A stretch of 60,265 nucleotides of DNA, filler included, from Hausera hauseri (taxonomy: Eukaryota): NCBI GenBank assembly GCA_046269625.1. It is 10 parts of 10 records of this genome, joined end to end, with 100 filler letters (N's around TTAATTAATTAA, not from the genome) between each part and the next. Parts side by side here need not be neighbours in the genome. Positions count along the whole stretch, not along the records: positions 10,225 to 14,411 come from JBJURY010712659.1; positions 14,512 to 18,795 come from JBJURY010657552.1; positions 18,896 to 22,992 come from JBJURY010764651.1; positions 23,093 to 27,238 come from JBJURY010735655.1; 6 more parts are not named here. One strand, given 5' to 3'. The position numbers and the translations under genes are program-made. Every line of letters begins with the position of its first letter. Positions within the stretch are counted from its first letter, which is position 1. Under the pieces are notes generated by a model, which was not told the DNA's origin, did no database searches, and worked only from the letters and a program-made list of their open reading frames with translations. This document shows, one piece after another, positions 13,201 through 24,290 of this stretch.

Positions 13201-13389
13201 TTCTTTGAGAAAGTATGTGGCCCCTAGGCCTGATGTGTTTAGATATAATATGGCTTTCTCAATAAGGGGATGGGTGGTTTTATCTTCTTTTTCTTGAGAT
13301 TTTGGAAGTCTACGTACTCGAGTACGAGTTGTGCTACATCTTTTCTCATTTTATCAGGGTCGCAGTTTGGAAAGAAAGAATTTCTGTAT

Positions 13390-13830
13390 TGGCCGTAGTG
13401 GACAGCATAGAGGAGCACAAAGAAACCACCATCCTCGCATTTTTATTGTAATGAGTAGTCACGAAGGAAAGAGATGTCCAAGCGTTCCTCTATTGAGATG
13501 TATGAGAAGTGGTATAGTAGTTCAGTAAGTTTGGCGGTTATGTCGATGTGCTCTTGAGTGGGTTTATTGGTGGCGGGGTCGATATTGAAGCAGAAGTGGT
13601 CAGGGCGTTCAGAGACAAAGAGTAACCAGTGAGAGGCGCGTACGCGTATGGGCCACAAAATAATTTGCCAGTTGGCGAAATAATTAAAGGGAAAAAGTTG
13701 GAATAGAAATCTTTCATCAGATTTTAGCAGTGCTGACGCCGATAGAGGATTCACAAACAGAACACCCAGATAATCAGCGCATTTCACCCGGATGGAGAGT
13801 TCGATCGTTTAGTCCCTTAGTCATGCACTG
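13390..13830 (-). pseudogene. Ulp1/C48-like cysteine protease domain 2 of the NeSL-like element (catalytic Cys degenerate)
   Basis: GLND...ILWPIRVRASHWLLFV...NIDP...LQ*KCEDGGFFVLLYA matches the C48 pattern WLND / HW / D / Q..DCG.FV; the expected TGT codon reads GGT. Confidence 0.75.
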
Positions 13831-14279
13831 TTGGATATCTATATTGGGATATCTATATTGTTAAATTTATGGGATTTTAGAAAGTTGTTAGAGGTAAGGT
13901 TTTCTTGACTGAGTTCGTCTCGATGAGTATCACGGCAATGGCGGGTGGCTGTTGTTTGTGGTAGTTGGGTTTTACAGAGTAGGCAATAGAAGGCTACGTC
14001 GTGTAAGACGGAGGTGTGAGTTTTCAGTTTTAAGTGTTGAAAAGTTCTGTGTTGGAATCTGGAGGTGTTAGGTAGGTATGTCGATTGGAAAAAACAACGA
14101 CCTAAGTTGCATTGTAGTACTAGTTGGTTAGTTGATGTTTTGATTAGGAGGAAAGCAGTTTCTGTGGTTGTGGAGGAGTCATCAGAGGTGGAGTTTGGCG
14201 CTCCCGCGGTATATGAGGGTTTCTCAGGAGTACTGGTTGATAGAGGAGATTCTGGAGAGAGATTAGTGGAAGCTCGTAT

Positions 14280-14411
14280 AGACTCTACATCGACTTTAAG
14301 ATATGTGGCATCTGCAGCTAGTTGGAGCATGTAACCACAGACATAGGGACCACAGTCATTAGAGTTTGAAAGAGGTTGGTGGTCTTTATGTTCATATTGA
14401 CCTCTGAAGGT
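14280..14411 (-). pseudogene. C-terminal part of Ulp1/C48-like protease domain 1 of the NeSL-like element
   Basis: In frame upstream of ORF 13839-14330: HQPLSNSNDCGPYVCGYMLQLA, the Q..N..DCG.YV catalytic-Cys motif. Confidence 0.72.
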
Positions 14412-14511
14412 NNNNNNNNNNNNNNNNNNNNNNNNNNNNNNNNNNNNNNNNNNNNTTAATTAATTAANNNNNNNNNNNNNNNNNNNNNNNNNNNNNNNNN
14501 NNNNNNNNNNN
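14412..14511. other. Artificial contig linker
   Basis: N44-TTAATTAATTAA-N44. Confidence 0.99.
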
Positions 14512-14620
14512 CTCTTTCACAATGGAAAATGAAATAAAAAATAAAATTAAAAATAAAATCACCGGTTAAAAAAAAAACAAACTGAAAAGTAATTTCGCAC
14601 ATCTAATGTATCTTAGTATA

Positions 14621-14905
14621 GCCGCGGTGGCGTTGTGGTTAGTGCGCTCGTCTGCCGATCCTGTGGTTACGGGTTCAATACCAGCTGTGGGCATTGAATT
14701 TTTATTAAATCAAAAGGCTCCAGGGGCCCACCAAGCCTCAAAAATGGGTACCGGAGAAATTCTCTGGGAAAGTAAAGGCGGCTTGACATTATGCTGACAA
14801 CGTAACCCAATTATGCGCCGATGTCTAGGAAAATGTGTGGACACTAACTCTACATTGACCTATACGCCTTCTTAGGCGTGTACAATGGACTTTACTTTTT
14901 TTTTT
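14621..14905 (+). mobile_element. tRNA-headed CORE-like SINE
   Basis: Pol III A box (gtggcgttgtggt) and B box (ggttcaatacc), central aatgggtacc...gtaaaggcggct...gctgacaac, T-rich tail, imperfect flanking repeat taatgtatc; related copies at 50245 and 58012. Confidence 0.8.
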
Positions 14906-15254
14906 AATGTATCCTACTGCGGGTCGGAGGTGTGCTTGCAAATTACCGCTTAGTTCCGCTGGCCGCTATGCCAGCCCGCGTTAACAAATAATAAGTAATT
15001 TCCTAGTCGTTTCTTTATTTTTGTGTTTCTTTCTTTTATTCTCTTTCCGGCGCAGACCTCGTGATCGCAATGAAGATATGTGCTTGTTCATTCACATTCC
15101 CTTTTTTTATCATTTCTTGCCAAAAAGTAGTAACCATCATCCCCTTTAATTAAATAATTAAACAAGCCTGCGACAGGTTGTATATTAGACTAAGATTGTG
15201 AATTCTATTAAATAAATAGAAAATATCGTGATTATATCAAATAATTAATTCTAC

Positions 15255-15745
15255 AGGAGGAGTCAGCCTTCTTCTTGCTTTTGATTTTATTTTTTCAGTG
15301 TGCTGCTTCCAGGTTAGTCTGGTGTTTATTGTGACGCCAAGATATACTGGGTTTTCCTCTTCTTCTATTGTCGCTCCACCAAGTTTGATTTTTCTTGCTT
15401 TGCCCTTGTTGGACAGAGTGAAAAGTGTTATGGAGGATTTCTCTGTATTGATTGTTACCATCCAGTTCTCAGCCAATTGCCAGATTGTATTGGCTGTAAT
15501 TTGTATTTTCGTATTTGCTACACACCACAATGCCAGGTTATCCTCATGTAAGGCAGTTTTGATGCCTTTTGGAAGCTCTTGAAAAGGTCGTTTATGTAGA
15601 CCAAGAAGAGAGTGGGTGATATAACCCCACTCTGAGGTACTCCATTTCGCAATAAGATCTTTCTGCTAATGTGGCCTGCTTTTGTTATTCTAGCTCTTCG
15701 ATTGTATAGGAATATCTGAATCCATTTCCCATTTTTCCTAGAATG
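15255..15745 (-). mobile_element. LINE reverse-transcriptase fragment (I/Nimb/Jockey group)
   Basis: GVPQSGVISPTLFLVYINDL, WMVTINTEKS, YLGVTINTRLTWKQH. Confidence 0.85.
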
Positions 15746-16244
15746 CAATTTCTTTGCATATTTTTCATATTTTATCTGATTTATTTCTTTATAAGTGAAT
15801 GATTTTAGACCCTTATATATTCATATTGTGTTAGATTGATCTTCATCTAAATTACAAACTTTGCACACGATAGCATTTGTTTATCTTTATCAGATGTTTA
15901 GTTATATTAACATTTTACATAACCTTTACCCCCCCCTCCTTAAAAAATTTGAGACCTCCACTTGTCATTACAAATTATCCGAATATCTTTGTTTCTTTTG
16001 ATTTAAAGCAAACCTCCTTTGTAAAATTTGTTAAGAAGTGACTGTCAGAAAAGTATTTCAAACTACAGTTTACAACAGTAGGTATTAAAAGTTCATGGGG
16101 TTTAATTTCATGAACCAAAAAAATGCTTGTTTTCAGATATATATATATAAAAAAGTCATTTCAAAGTGCCATAATACTTTTGAGGCCATTTAATGCGTAC
16201 AATATATTTGAGATGGTATTGGTATTATGATAGATTTATTGATT

Positions 16245-16596
16245 GATGATCTCCACATCACCGAACGTCAAATCTTCTGGATGAGACTGATCAAAGCTGT
16301 TGTCCTAAGAATGACTATGGAGTAGTGGCGTTGAGCTTTCTTGCTGACCAGGTGGTGTATAGGAGGGTGGATCGAGATCCTCCAGGCTTTAGTGCAATGC
16401 TTGGCCTCCTGAAAGTGATCCAACTGTATCTGGGGACCATCTCGAGCCTCCGCCAGTTAGCCAACAGGTATCCCTAACGTTGTCTTGGAGGAGGACGGAC
16501 ACGTCTGGCAGAGGATCTTCGCTGACTATGTTTCGTCAGCCCTGAGACTGTGTATCAGGGTCGGCTTTGGGTGGCCGCCACACAACACATCCGTCC
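16245..16596 (-). repeat. ~350-bp dispersed non-coding repeat, probably a non-autonomous RTE-related element
   Basis: Collinear similarity to 47230-47556; its 3' half matches 59210-59365 and its head matches 53395-53480. Confidence 0.7.
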
Positions 16597-16989
16597 TATT
16601 GGTATTATAAAAACATAAAATAGAAATGAGGAACTAGTTAACAATTTAGGACTTTCAGCAGAATTACACCATAAATGAATTTATAGCCTAAAACTTGAAT
16701 TATGTTTCACTTGTCTTTATTTGTCGTACATACTTCTTACTTTAAATTGGCAATCATGAATTACTGTGAATTTGTTTTACTTATTTTCATTAATTTCAGA
16801 GCCCAGTGCTGAATCACCACGTGAGTTAAAAGAATGTGTTTGAGCAATGACATAACGACTAATTAGTCAGATATCTGAATTTCTTTTCGCTTTCATAACT
16901 GCCATTACGTTTTTTTATTATTATTTTTACCACAGTCTTATCACATTTGGAAAAAAGCTATTTTAATATGCTTATTATATATCTATAAA

Positions 16990-17115
16990 CATCATCTTTG
17001 GTCTCCCACTTGACCATGTCCCCTCTGCCAATTCGCTTAGTAAACCTGGTCTGGGAATGCGACTGTCATTCTGTCTACTAATATGTCCCAACCATTCAAG
17101 TCTTCTGTTTCGAGG
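16990..17115 (-). mobile_element. RTE-like LINE 3' fragment
   Basis: RNRRLEWLGHISRQNDSRIP...GRPK pattern typical of RTE C-termini. Confidence 0.6.
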
Positions 17116-18795
17116 AAACGCCATGAAAGATATCTTGGCACGCTACGTTACTCATGTAGTCCTCTTTTTTTTTCTTTTTTGTCTGTTTTCGAAATTTGAT
17201 CTATCTCTTGCTCACCATACAAGGCAAGTAGATATGACGGGTTAGCACCTTGCTGACAGGAGGATGTTTGACGGTAACTCTATTTTGACTTTTAACCTGT
17301 GTCACAATCATCCCTTCACGTGCTTGACTTTATTGTATGTTCTAGATTTTTTTTCACTTTATAACTCCAAGATATTGCATCCTATTCTTGAACTGGAAAG
17401 CTGGTGATTTCAACAAAGTTGTACTGCCTATCTCAATCTTCAAACATCAGTCAAACCAACATAATTATTCATGATGACAATTAATCGTAAACGACATCAA
17501 GAAAGATTTATTTACAACTGAGATAATACAAGGAAAAAGGAAAGATCTCAATGATCTTGTCTGATACTCTTGAATGTCACATCTCTGCTTAACATCATAG
17601 AAAGTATTCTGTCCAAACTCTATTCTGCATCGTATTTTTATATAGGCACGTGACGCAATCGAGACTAGCGGGAAGCTTCCCAAGTAGCTAGTGTTACCCA
17701 GTTCACCGATCAAGCTCGTATATTCTGATTATCTATGTCAAATCTGCGACCCTCATAATGCAAGGACTTTTCTAAAATCTGAACTGATTATTATTCGAGA
17801 ATTGACAACTGCATATCAATCAATTGTACAAACAACTTGAAACTGTTTCTTTGATTAGAGCATTTGAGAATATTCGTGTCCTTCAACGTTCACCACCTTG
17901 GAGAAGAAAATTCTTGTCTCTTGATAGTAACTCGAAAACATTCAAACTCACACAATCTGACTTCTGCTTCTGCAGGCAGGTTGAATATAAATGAACCAAT
18001 GTTACTTACTTAGCGTTGCACCATGAAATAACACAAATAACACACTATTAATATTTACTTCTCTAATTTCTCAAAAATACTCAAAATGGCGAAGTCTCCT
18101 CTTCACAGTATCACAGCTTTGACAAAACATTTCCAACAACATTCGGAAAGTAAACATTCCTTTCATAGTGTAAGATTCGGCTTTCTCTTCAGTAATGCTG
18201 AACTCAACTATAGGTTTCGACTCGATTAATCATCGTTATAGGGAGCCACGCTGTGAAGCAAAGGTCGTAGACACCGGGAATCGAACCAGCAACACTGCAA
18301 AGACATCATCGGCTTGCCATCGGTTTACCAACTTCACTAACTATGCACACCATGTGATATTGTAACGTTGTTTTCAAAACATTATTTTTCCCTTAGTACT
18401 TGTCTCGTCATAATGTAATGAACGCGTGTTTCTAAGCCCACAAACCCATATCTGCACTATGTTCTATAGATACTTACTAACCTATGTATACTATAATATT
18501 TCTATTACACGATAACAGTAACGACACAATAGCAACGACAATGTTCATAGAGCAAAAAAAAAAAAAACTGGCATACAAAAAATCAATGTATACCTATAGA
18601 GCCGATACACTTATCTGAAGAATGTTAATAATAAAAATGCAAATACAGTGCACTGAAATCTTAGTGCCTACGTGTGTTTCCATCAGATTAAGGTGATCTC
18701 AAGTGGCGGGGATATATATGGACATTTCACGACTATAACAAAACAAGAGTATCTTTATTTACATCTTTAAAAAAATGAAAATGTATTTTAAAAGA

Positions 18796-18895
18796 NNNNN
18801 NNNNNNNNNNNNNNNNNNNNNNNNNNNNNNNNNNNNNNNTTAATTAATTAANNNNNNNNNNNNNNNNNNNNNNNNNNNNNNNNNNNNNNNNNNNN
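18796..18895. other. Artificial contig linker
   Basis: N44-TTAATTAATTAA-N44. Confidence 0.99.
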
Positions 18896-18969
<74 letters not shown>

Positions 18970-18970
18970 C
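18896..18970 (+). repeat. (AAC)n microsatellite, about 25 units, cut by contig start
   Basis: Perfect trinucleotide run; reads poly-Thr (ACA) in the PolB frame. Confidence 0.97.
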
Positions 18971-21900
18971 CAATAGTAAACGTCAGGCCTCAACAAGTCC
19001 TGACGACTTAATCAGAAACAGTACCCAGCAATAGCAGAAGCAGCAGGAGGAGGAACAGCATCAACAAGAAGAACAGGAGGCAAATATTCCCAACATTACA
19101 GTTAAGTACGACCTGAGCAGATCGTACGCAGACATGAAGGTGGACATGACGGCGAAAACAGCAACGCAATTGAAGGATGTACCCGCTCATGTGCGTAACC
19201 GGTTGCAAATAGAGGTGGCCAAATTCCAACAACACCACTGCAAAGTGCAAAATTATGCACTTGCAGAATTTGAAAATTTGGAAGGTGACAGGAAACAATG
19301 GTGCCTGTCACATCGAGCCGTACCGTATTCTGAAGATTTTATTGCCAATGTAGGCGAAAGGCTCGAGGACAAAATCGCCAACTACACTGAAAAGGGTAGT
19401 AGATGGATAATTATACAAATTGTCACTCTCGGCTTTATCATAACAAAGTCGAGTGATGTGATATGTTTCTCTGGACGATCATTCATACCGACACCTGCAG
19501 CTCTAAAGCAGTCTTTAGAGGTACTGAATGTAAAAAATATCAACGATGAATACTGTTTTCTTTACAGTATTCTGGCGATGTTGAAATATGACGAAGAGGA
19601 CAGACATAGTGCATCTCGTCCAAAACAATATCAGAAATATTTTTTCGAATTGGATTTCGATGAAAGCTGGATGCCGATGAAACTGAAATCCATTCCGGAT
19701 TTTGAACGGTGTAATCCGACACTGACAATTAACGTGTTCCGGTACAACACAATCGTAGAAATACCGGCGGATGAAGAAATTTACAAAAACCCTCATGTAG
19801 ATATGCTCTATCGAAGTCGGAATTCAAATGGTCACTCAGTAGTAAATTTATTGTTACTGGAGCAAGCAGATAAATTTGCTACGTGGCAGTAACCAACTTG
19901 GACATACTACTTAACATGGATCACCATCAATTCATCAAAAAGCGTATAAATTATAAATGGTGTCCTGTATGTCTGCATGGATTCAGGTCGGAAACATCTC
20001 GGGAGAAACATGTGACTCTGCAGAAAAAATTCATCAGGAACCACAATGTATGTCATGTCCGTCAAAAAGGAACTCAGGTTCACAGATTGGTCAAAAACAG
20101 ACAGTCCGGCATATGTGGTATATGCCGATATTAAGGCAATTCTACCACAGCACAACGTGTATGATCAAAAACACATTCCAATCGCCGTTGATATGTTGAT
20201 TGTCCCAATAAAAGCGGTTGGTCAGCCGCAGTTTTACGCCTTTCACGGCTAAACCTGTGTGCGTAATTTCCTGCAGCGTTTGGAAACGATAGTAGAAACG
20301 AAAATCGCACCGTAGTATCGCAACAACAGCACAAAACCTCTGATTTGGACAGATGAAGATGAACGCCTTGCCGAGACCCAATTGTTGATTGGGGAATCTG
20401 GCGAAACTCCGATCGAAAATCGAGATTAGGACAATGAGAGAGTATGTGTGTGTACATAGATTGTGTGTAAATGGATGGAAACAAGTATATTTTGTATTAT
20501 ATATGTTGTACATAAAACTTTGTTTATAGCACTAAAGTTGTGTGTGTGAATGAGAAACGTTTGAAGAAAAGAGGTATGTTTGATCAGTAATGTAAATATG
20601 TGTGAATTATGTAATCATGACGCAACCCCGTGGACACCCAGAGGCGGAGAGAGGAAGAGCTGTGTGGGCGTTTGTACATGAAGTGCCTATTATGAACATG
20701 GCAATGAATATATAGCAAATTTATAATGATAAGAAAAATTGACAAATTGATAAAATTTGAGATTTAAAAAAGATATAATTGGAAATTAAATGTCAGATAA
20801 AAGCTGTAAAGAGCTGTTAATTGCTTATATCTGTACGTTTCACTTCAAAGGCGAAAAATCTAATGAAATTGTGAAGAAACGGATGAAGCATTATACTGAA
20901 ATCAAATTCCGAAAGTCGGTAATGATGGTGTTCACTCTGATCTCAAAGAAACTGTCAATTTTGAAATTATTTTGTTCTAAAATAAAAGATCATTTGGAAA
21001 ACATTGATACATTAGATGAGGTTGGTAAACCTGTCGCTGATTTGATGAAAATAAAAGATGAATTTGATATCAACCATAATGATGTGACCTATTTCTGGAA
21101 TTTAAATACGTCGAGCAAGCGATTGAGCCTGCATCAAAAAATAGATAAACAATGTTCTTCGAAACTACTATCACAACAAAAGTTGATTTCCGAAGATGAT
21201 ATGTATCAATTTATCGTTTTTTCAAACAAAGTATATGCTGGATATAAATATTCACGATATGATCTTCAAAATTACTCGACCGCCTTGAGACGTTCATTAT
21301 GGACCTGTCGGTGGGACTCGCGAACCTCGTTTGGAATGATTCTGTTCTGTGATCTCTCGGTGGTGACATGTAGTTATTTACGTGATATTGGTAGTCGTCA
21401 GAATGGACTGGAGATGCTGTACAAATTGAGAGGTATTGTTTATTATAATCGTTTTCATTGTTTCTCTTTATCTTGTCTAGGAGGTGTCGGCGGAGGTTGC
21501 AAGCCAAGTATGAGCGTATGTGTGTTTATGTTAGTGATTGATGGGGTTTGTGTGATCATGCTCGGGTTGGATGCTGGGGTTATAGGAGGAGTTATGTGTA
21601 TTGGTCAAACCGAACTAGAGGAATTGAAAGAGGAAAGAACGGATCTTGAAAACGGGGAGGTCAAGGTGGGTGTAGTAAAGAACAAGTTTGTTGGAGGTGG
21701 AGGGTACATTTTTTGGACGATCAAGCGTGATCGACGAGGTAAATCAGTATTAAAACAAAAAAGTTTGAAAAGAAATGGGCCCACAGAGAAACTTATAAAG
21801 AAACTTATACGTCGTGATGTTATGAATGAGGTGTATTATTTGGGTGAAGGGAAAAATAACATCGAAAGGAATATAACGTATATTTTCTCTTTAAAGTTTC

Positions 21901-22992
21901 CACGTCTGACGTTTGCAGCCAGCGATGAATGTTACCTGTGCCACAAAATATGACCGGAACGGCTCGTACCGGATCATGACCATTTTACCGGTCGATATTT
22001 GGGAGCAGCAAGCGACGCATGCAATTTGGCAAGACGGGTGCGGCCATTCCTGCTGGTGATATTTCAAAACTTCAGGGGTTATGACTGTCACCATATTTTG
22101 AAATGGGCCATAAAGAAATGTGCCGCTAACACTGACGCAGTTCCCCACACATATTGGACGCAGCAAAGGCATATTACCGTGTGACTTTGCCGTGTCATAT
22201 CAGCGACTCCGGACAACAGAGAAATTACCGTCGCGATGGACAGGTATCACAGAAGATAAATATCAGAGAGCACAGGAATCTTGGACAGAGCGCGGTTGTA
22301 GCAACATGTTAGACTACATGCTTCAGTATCTAAAGCTCGATGTATATTTATTAGCCGATGTGTTTCAGACATTTCGGGCGAAAGTGTTGGAGGACGATAG
22401 GTTGGAACCGCTCAACTTTTACTCAATACCGGAAAAAAGTTGGGCATCGGCACTAATGTCACTTGATCAGGACATTGAGCTGCTACGAGACCCTGAAATG
22501 TGCCTACTGTTTGACGTTGGCATTCGTGGCGGCATGACATTTGTCAACAAGAATCACGTAACCAGTGATGACGGTGATACAACGTCAATGTTGTACATCG
22601 ATATTAATAACATGTACGGCTGGGCGCTTTCACAACCCTTGCCGTACGATTTATTTGAATGGATAATGGACAGACAAGAACTGGATACATTGCTGGACAG
22701 TCTGCCAGCAGCAAACACGACGGAAAGCCACTCAGTCTGCTACCTAATAAAAGTTAATCTTGTAGCACAAGATGAGTTGCATGATTTCCTGGATGAACTG
22801 CCGGTCGCACCAATTAGCAAATGTCCACCCGGCGGCTCAAATATAAAGAAACTGCTCATAACACATGAACCCAAATCGAATTACGTGGTTCATTGGTGTC
22901 TGCTGCAGTTTTACCTGCAGCTCGGTGTACGCGTCACACAGCTGCATCGTGCAATCCGCTTCAATCAGGCGCCGATATTCAAGGCGTACATT
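18960..22992 (+). pseudogene. Polinton/Maverick protein-primed family B DNA polymerase, copy 1 (interrupted, 3'-truncated)
   Basis: NVKNINDEYCFLYSILA, VVYADIKA (Exo I), ECYLCHK..DHDHFTG..CNL (endonuclease VII-like insert), FQNFRGYDCHHI, YLKLDVYLLADVFQTFR, GIRGG, YIDINNMYGWALS; collinear with 41754-45436. Confidence 0.93.
20369..21902. mobile_element. 1534-bp TG...CA insertion with imperfect 5-bp target-site duplication inside PolB
   Basis: Absent from PolB copy 2; flanked by cgcct (20364-20368) and cgtct (21903-21907); removal restores DERLTFAASDECYLCHKI versus DERMTFAVTGECYLCHKI in copy 2. Confidence 0.85.
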
Positions 22993-23092
22993 NNNNNNNN
23001 NNNNNNNNNNNNNNNNNNNNNNNNNNNNNNNNNNNNTTAATTAATTAANNNNNNNNNNNNNNNNNNNNNNNNNNNNNNNNNNNNNNNNNNNN
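22993..23092. other. Artificial contig linker
   Basis: N44-TTAATTAATTAA-N44. Confidence 0.99.
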
Positions 23093-23191
23093 ATCCAAAG
23101 GATTGTTCCAATCTACAACGTATTCACTGGCTGAATTGTTCGGACGAGTCGTCGGACAACTGTTGCTCGACAACACCATGTAAATACTCAT
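23093..23191 (-). CDS. Second minor capsid (penton)-like protein, N-terminus only
   Basis: MSIYMVLSSNSCPTTRPNNSASEYVVDWNNPLD resembles the penton N-terminal motif (FY..L.SNS....P.N..S.F) and the adjacent penton IYLVLDSNRS. Confidence 0.65.
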
Positions 23192-23230
23192 GATCTCGAT
23201 GATGATGGTGATGACGCAGTTTATTTATTA

Positions 23231-24290
23231 TTAACGTTGACGACGTCGAAAATGTAACGTCAAATATGTCGTTCACTCAAACAGAAATTTAATGGGTTCC
23301 CAAAATTCATCAGGCGTATACATGGAAATATTGTGCACAATATTGTGAGACAATAATAAGTACATGGGTCTGAGCATATTAACGCGAACAGTTTCATCCG
23401 ATGTTTTGTACATGTCAGAATCCAGTTCGATAGAAGCCAGCAGTTATTTACGTTCTCCATCAACAAGTACGGATTCGGTTAAGTCCGTAACAATGTTGAT
23501 TCGGTGAAATGCTCCAGAGTTGTGGTTTGTATTTGGCAACAATAAATCGTCCAACAATGTTTTGATAGAATTCGCCTTTTGAAAAACCCCGATTCCGAAC
23601 CAATAATTCATCAAAGGCAAAATATGTAACTGTCATGTAGTATAATCGAAATATGACCATCTGCGTTTATTTCACATTTCTTTACGGCTAATGTAGCCGT
23701 TTTCTTGACGTATTCACACAATTCCAGTTCCGCTTCCATTAGTAAATCGTGTGGTATAATACATAAACGGAAGACTGATTCTGACTTACTCCACTTTACT
23801 GTAATATCGGATTCCGCATTGGATGAAAGATCAAAATGTTCATCAATTTATAACCTTGCCACCTAGCCGTAGACGTTTTGAGTGTACATAGACTGATTGA
23901 AAACCCCATACTTGAGCATCAGCTATAGAATGAAACTGCATTTCAATTGGATTTCGATGCATTAGTTTCATACCGTAGTGTGAAAAATAAGCTTTAACCG
24001 AGAAATTTCTCCGTGAGTAATTGAGAAGAGTATATCGTTTGTGTCAGATTGTCCGCAAACGACTTAAAATAGGGTACGTGTCTTTTCTGGTAAAGTAAAT
24101 ACCATTGTTTTGACGTATTGTCATTGGTGAAAATGTAAATGTGAATTCCGTCAAAGCCACTTCCCAGGCGCCCTGGCGTAAATCGATCGGTTGGTCCAAG
24201 TGCATGGTAAACTGTTTAGCGGCCTTGTCATTGTCGTCATGTTGTGACAATGATCTGTTACTATCAAGTACCAAGTAAATGCTGCTGCTG
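23231..24290 (-). pseudogene. Polinton minor capsid protein (penton)
   Basis: N-term IYLVLDSNRS..FTMHLDQPIDLRQGAWEVALTEF; C-term INIVTDLTESVLVDG..RPMY..TLHFRRRQR*. Confidence 0.85.

Larger units (their letters stand above)
10225..14411 (-). mobile_element. Degenerate RLE-type non-LTR retrotransposon, NeSL/Utopia-like, 5'-truncated by contig end
   Basis: RT motifs SSWRPIEV, FVDLKEAF, GIRQGGPLS, LAYADD, YRYLGV; WRFAYVARNNLLPLN; CCHC knuckle CCLC..ESKPHVLNLC followed by RHD; RLE PDLV..DVK..KY..VVCSLGS; Ulp1-like domains upstream of RT. Confidence 0.92.

Noticed and set aside
18268-18345. tRNA-like B box (ggttcgattccc, minus strand); the SINE heads also look like tRNA genes
   Set aside because: No complete cloverleaf; better explained as SINE-derived remnants.
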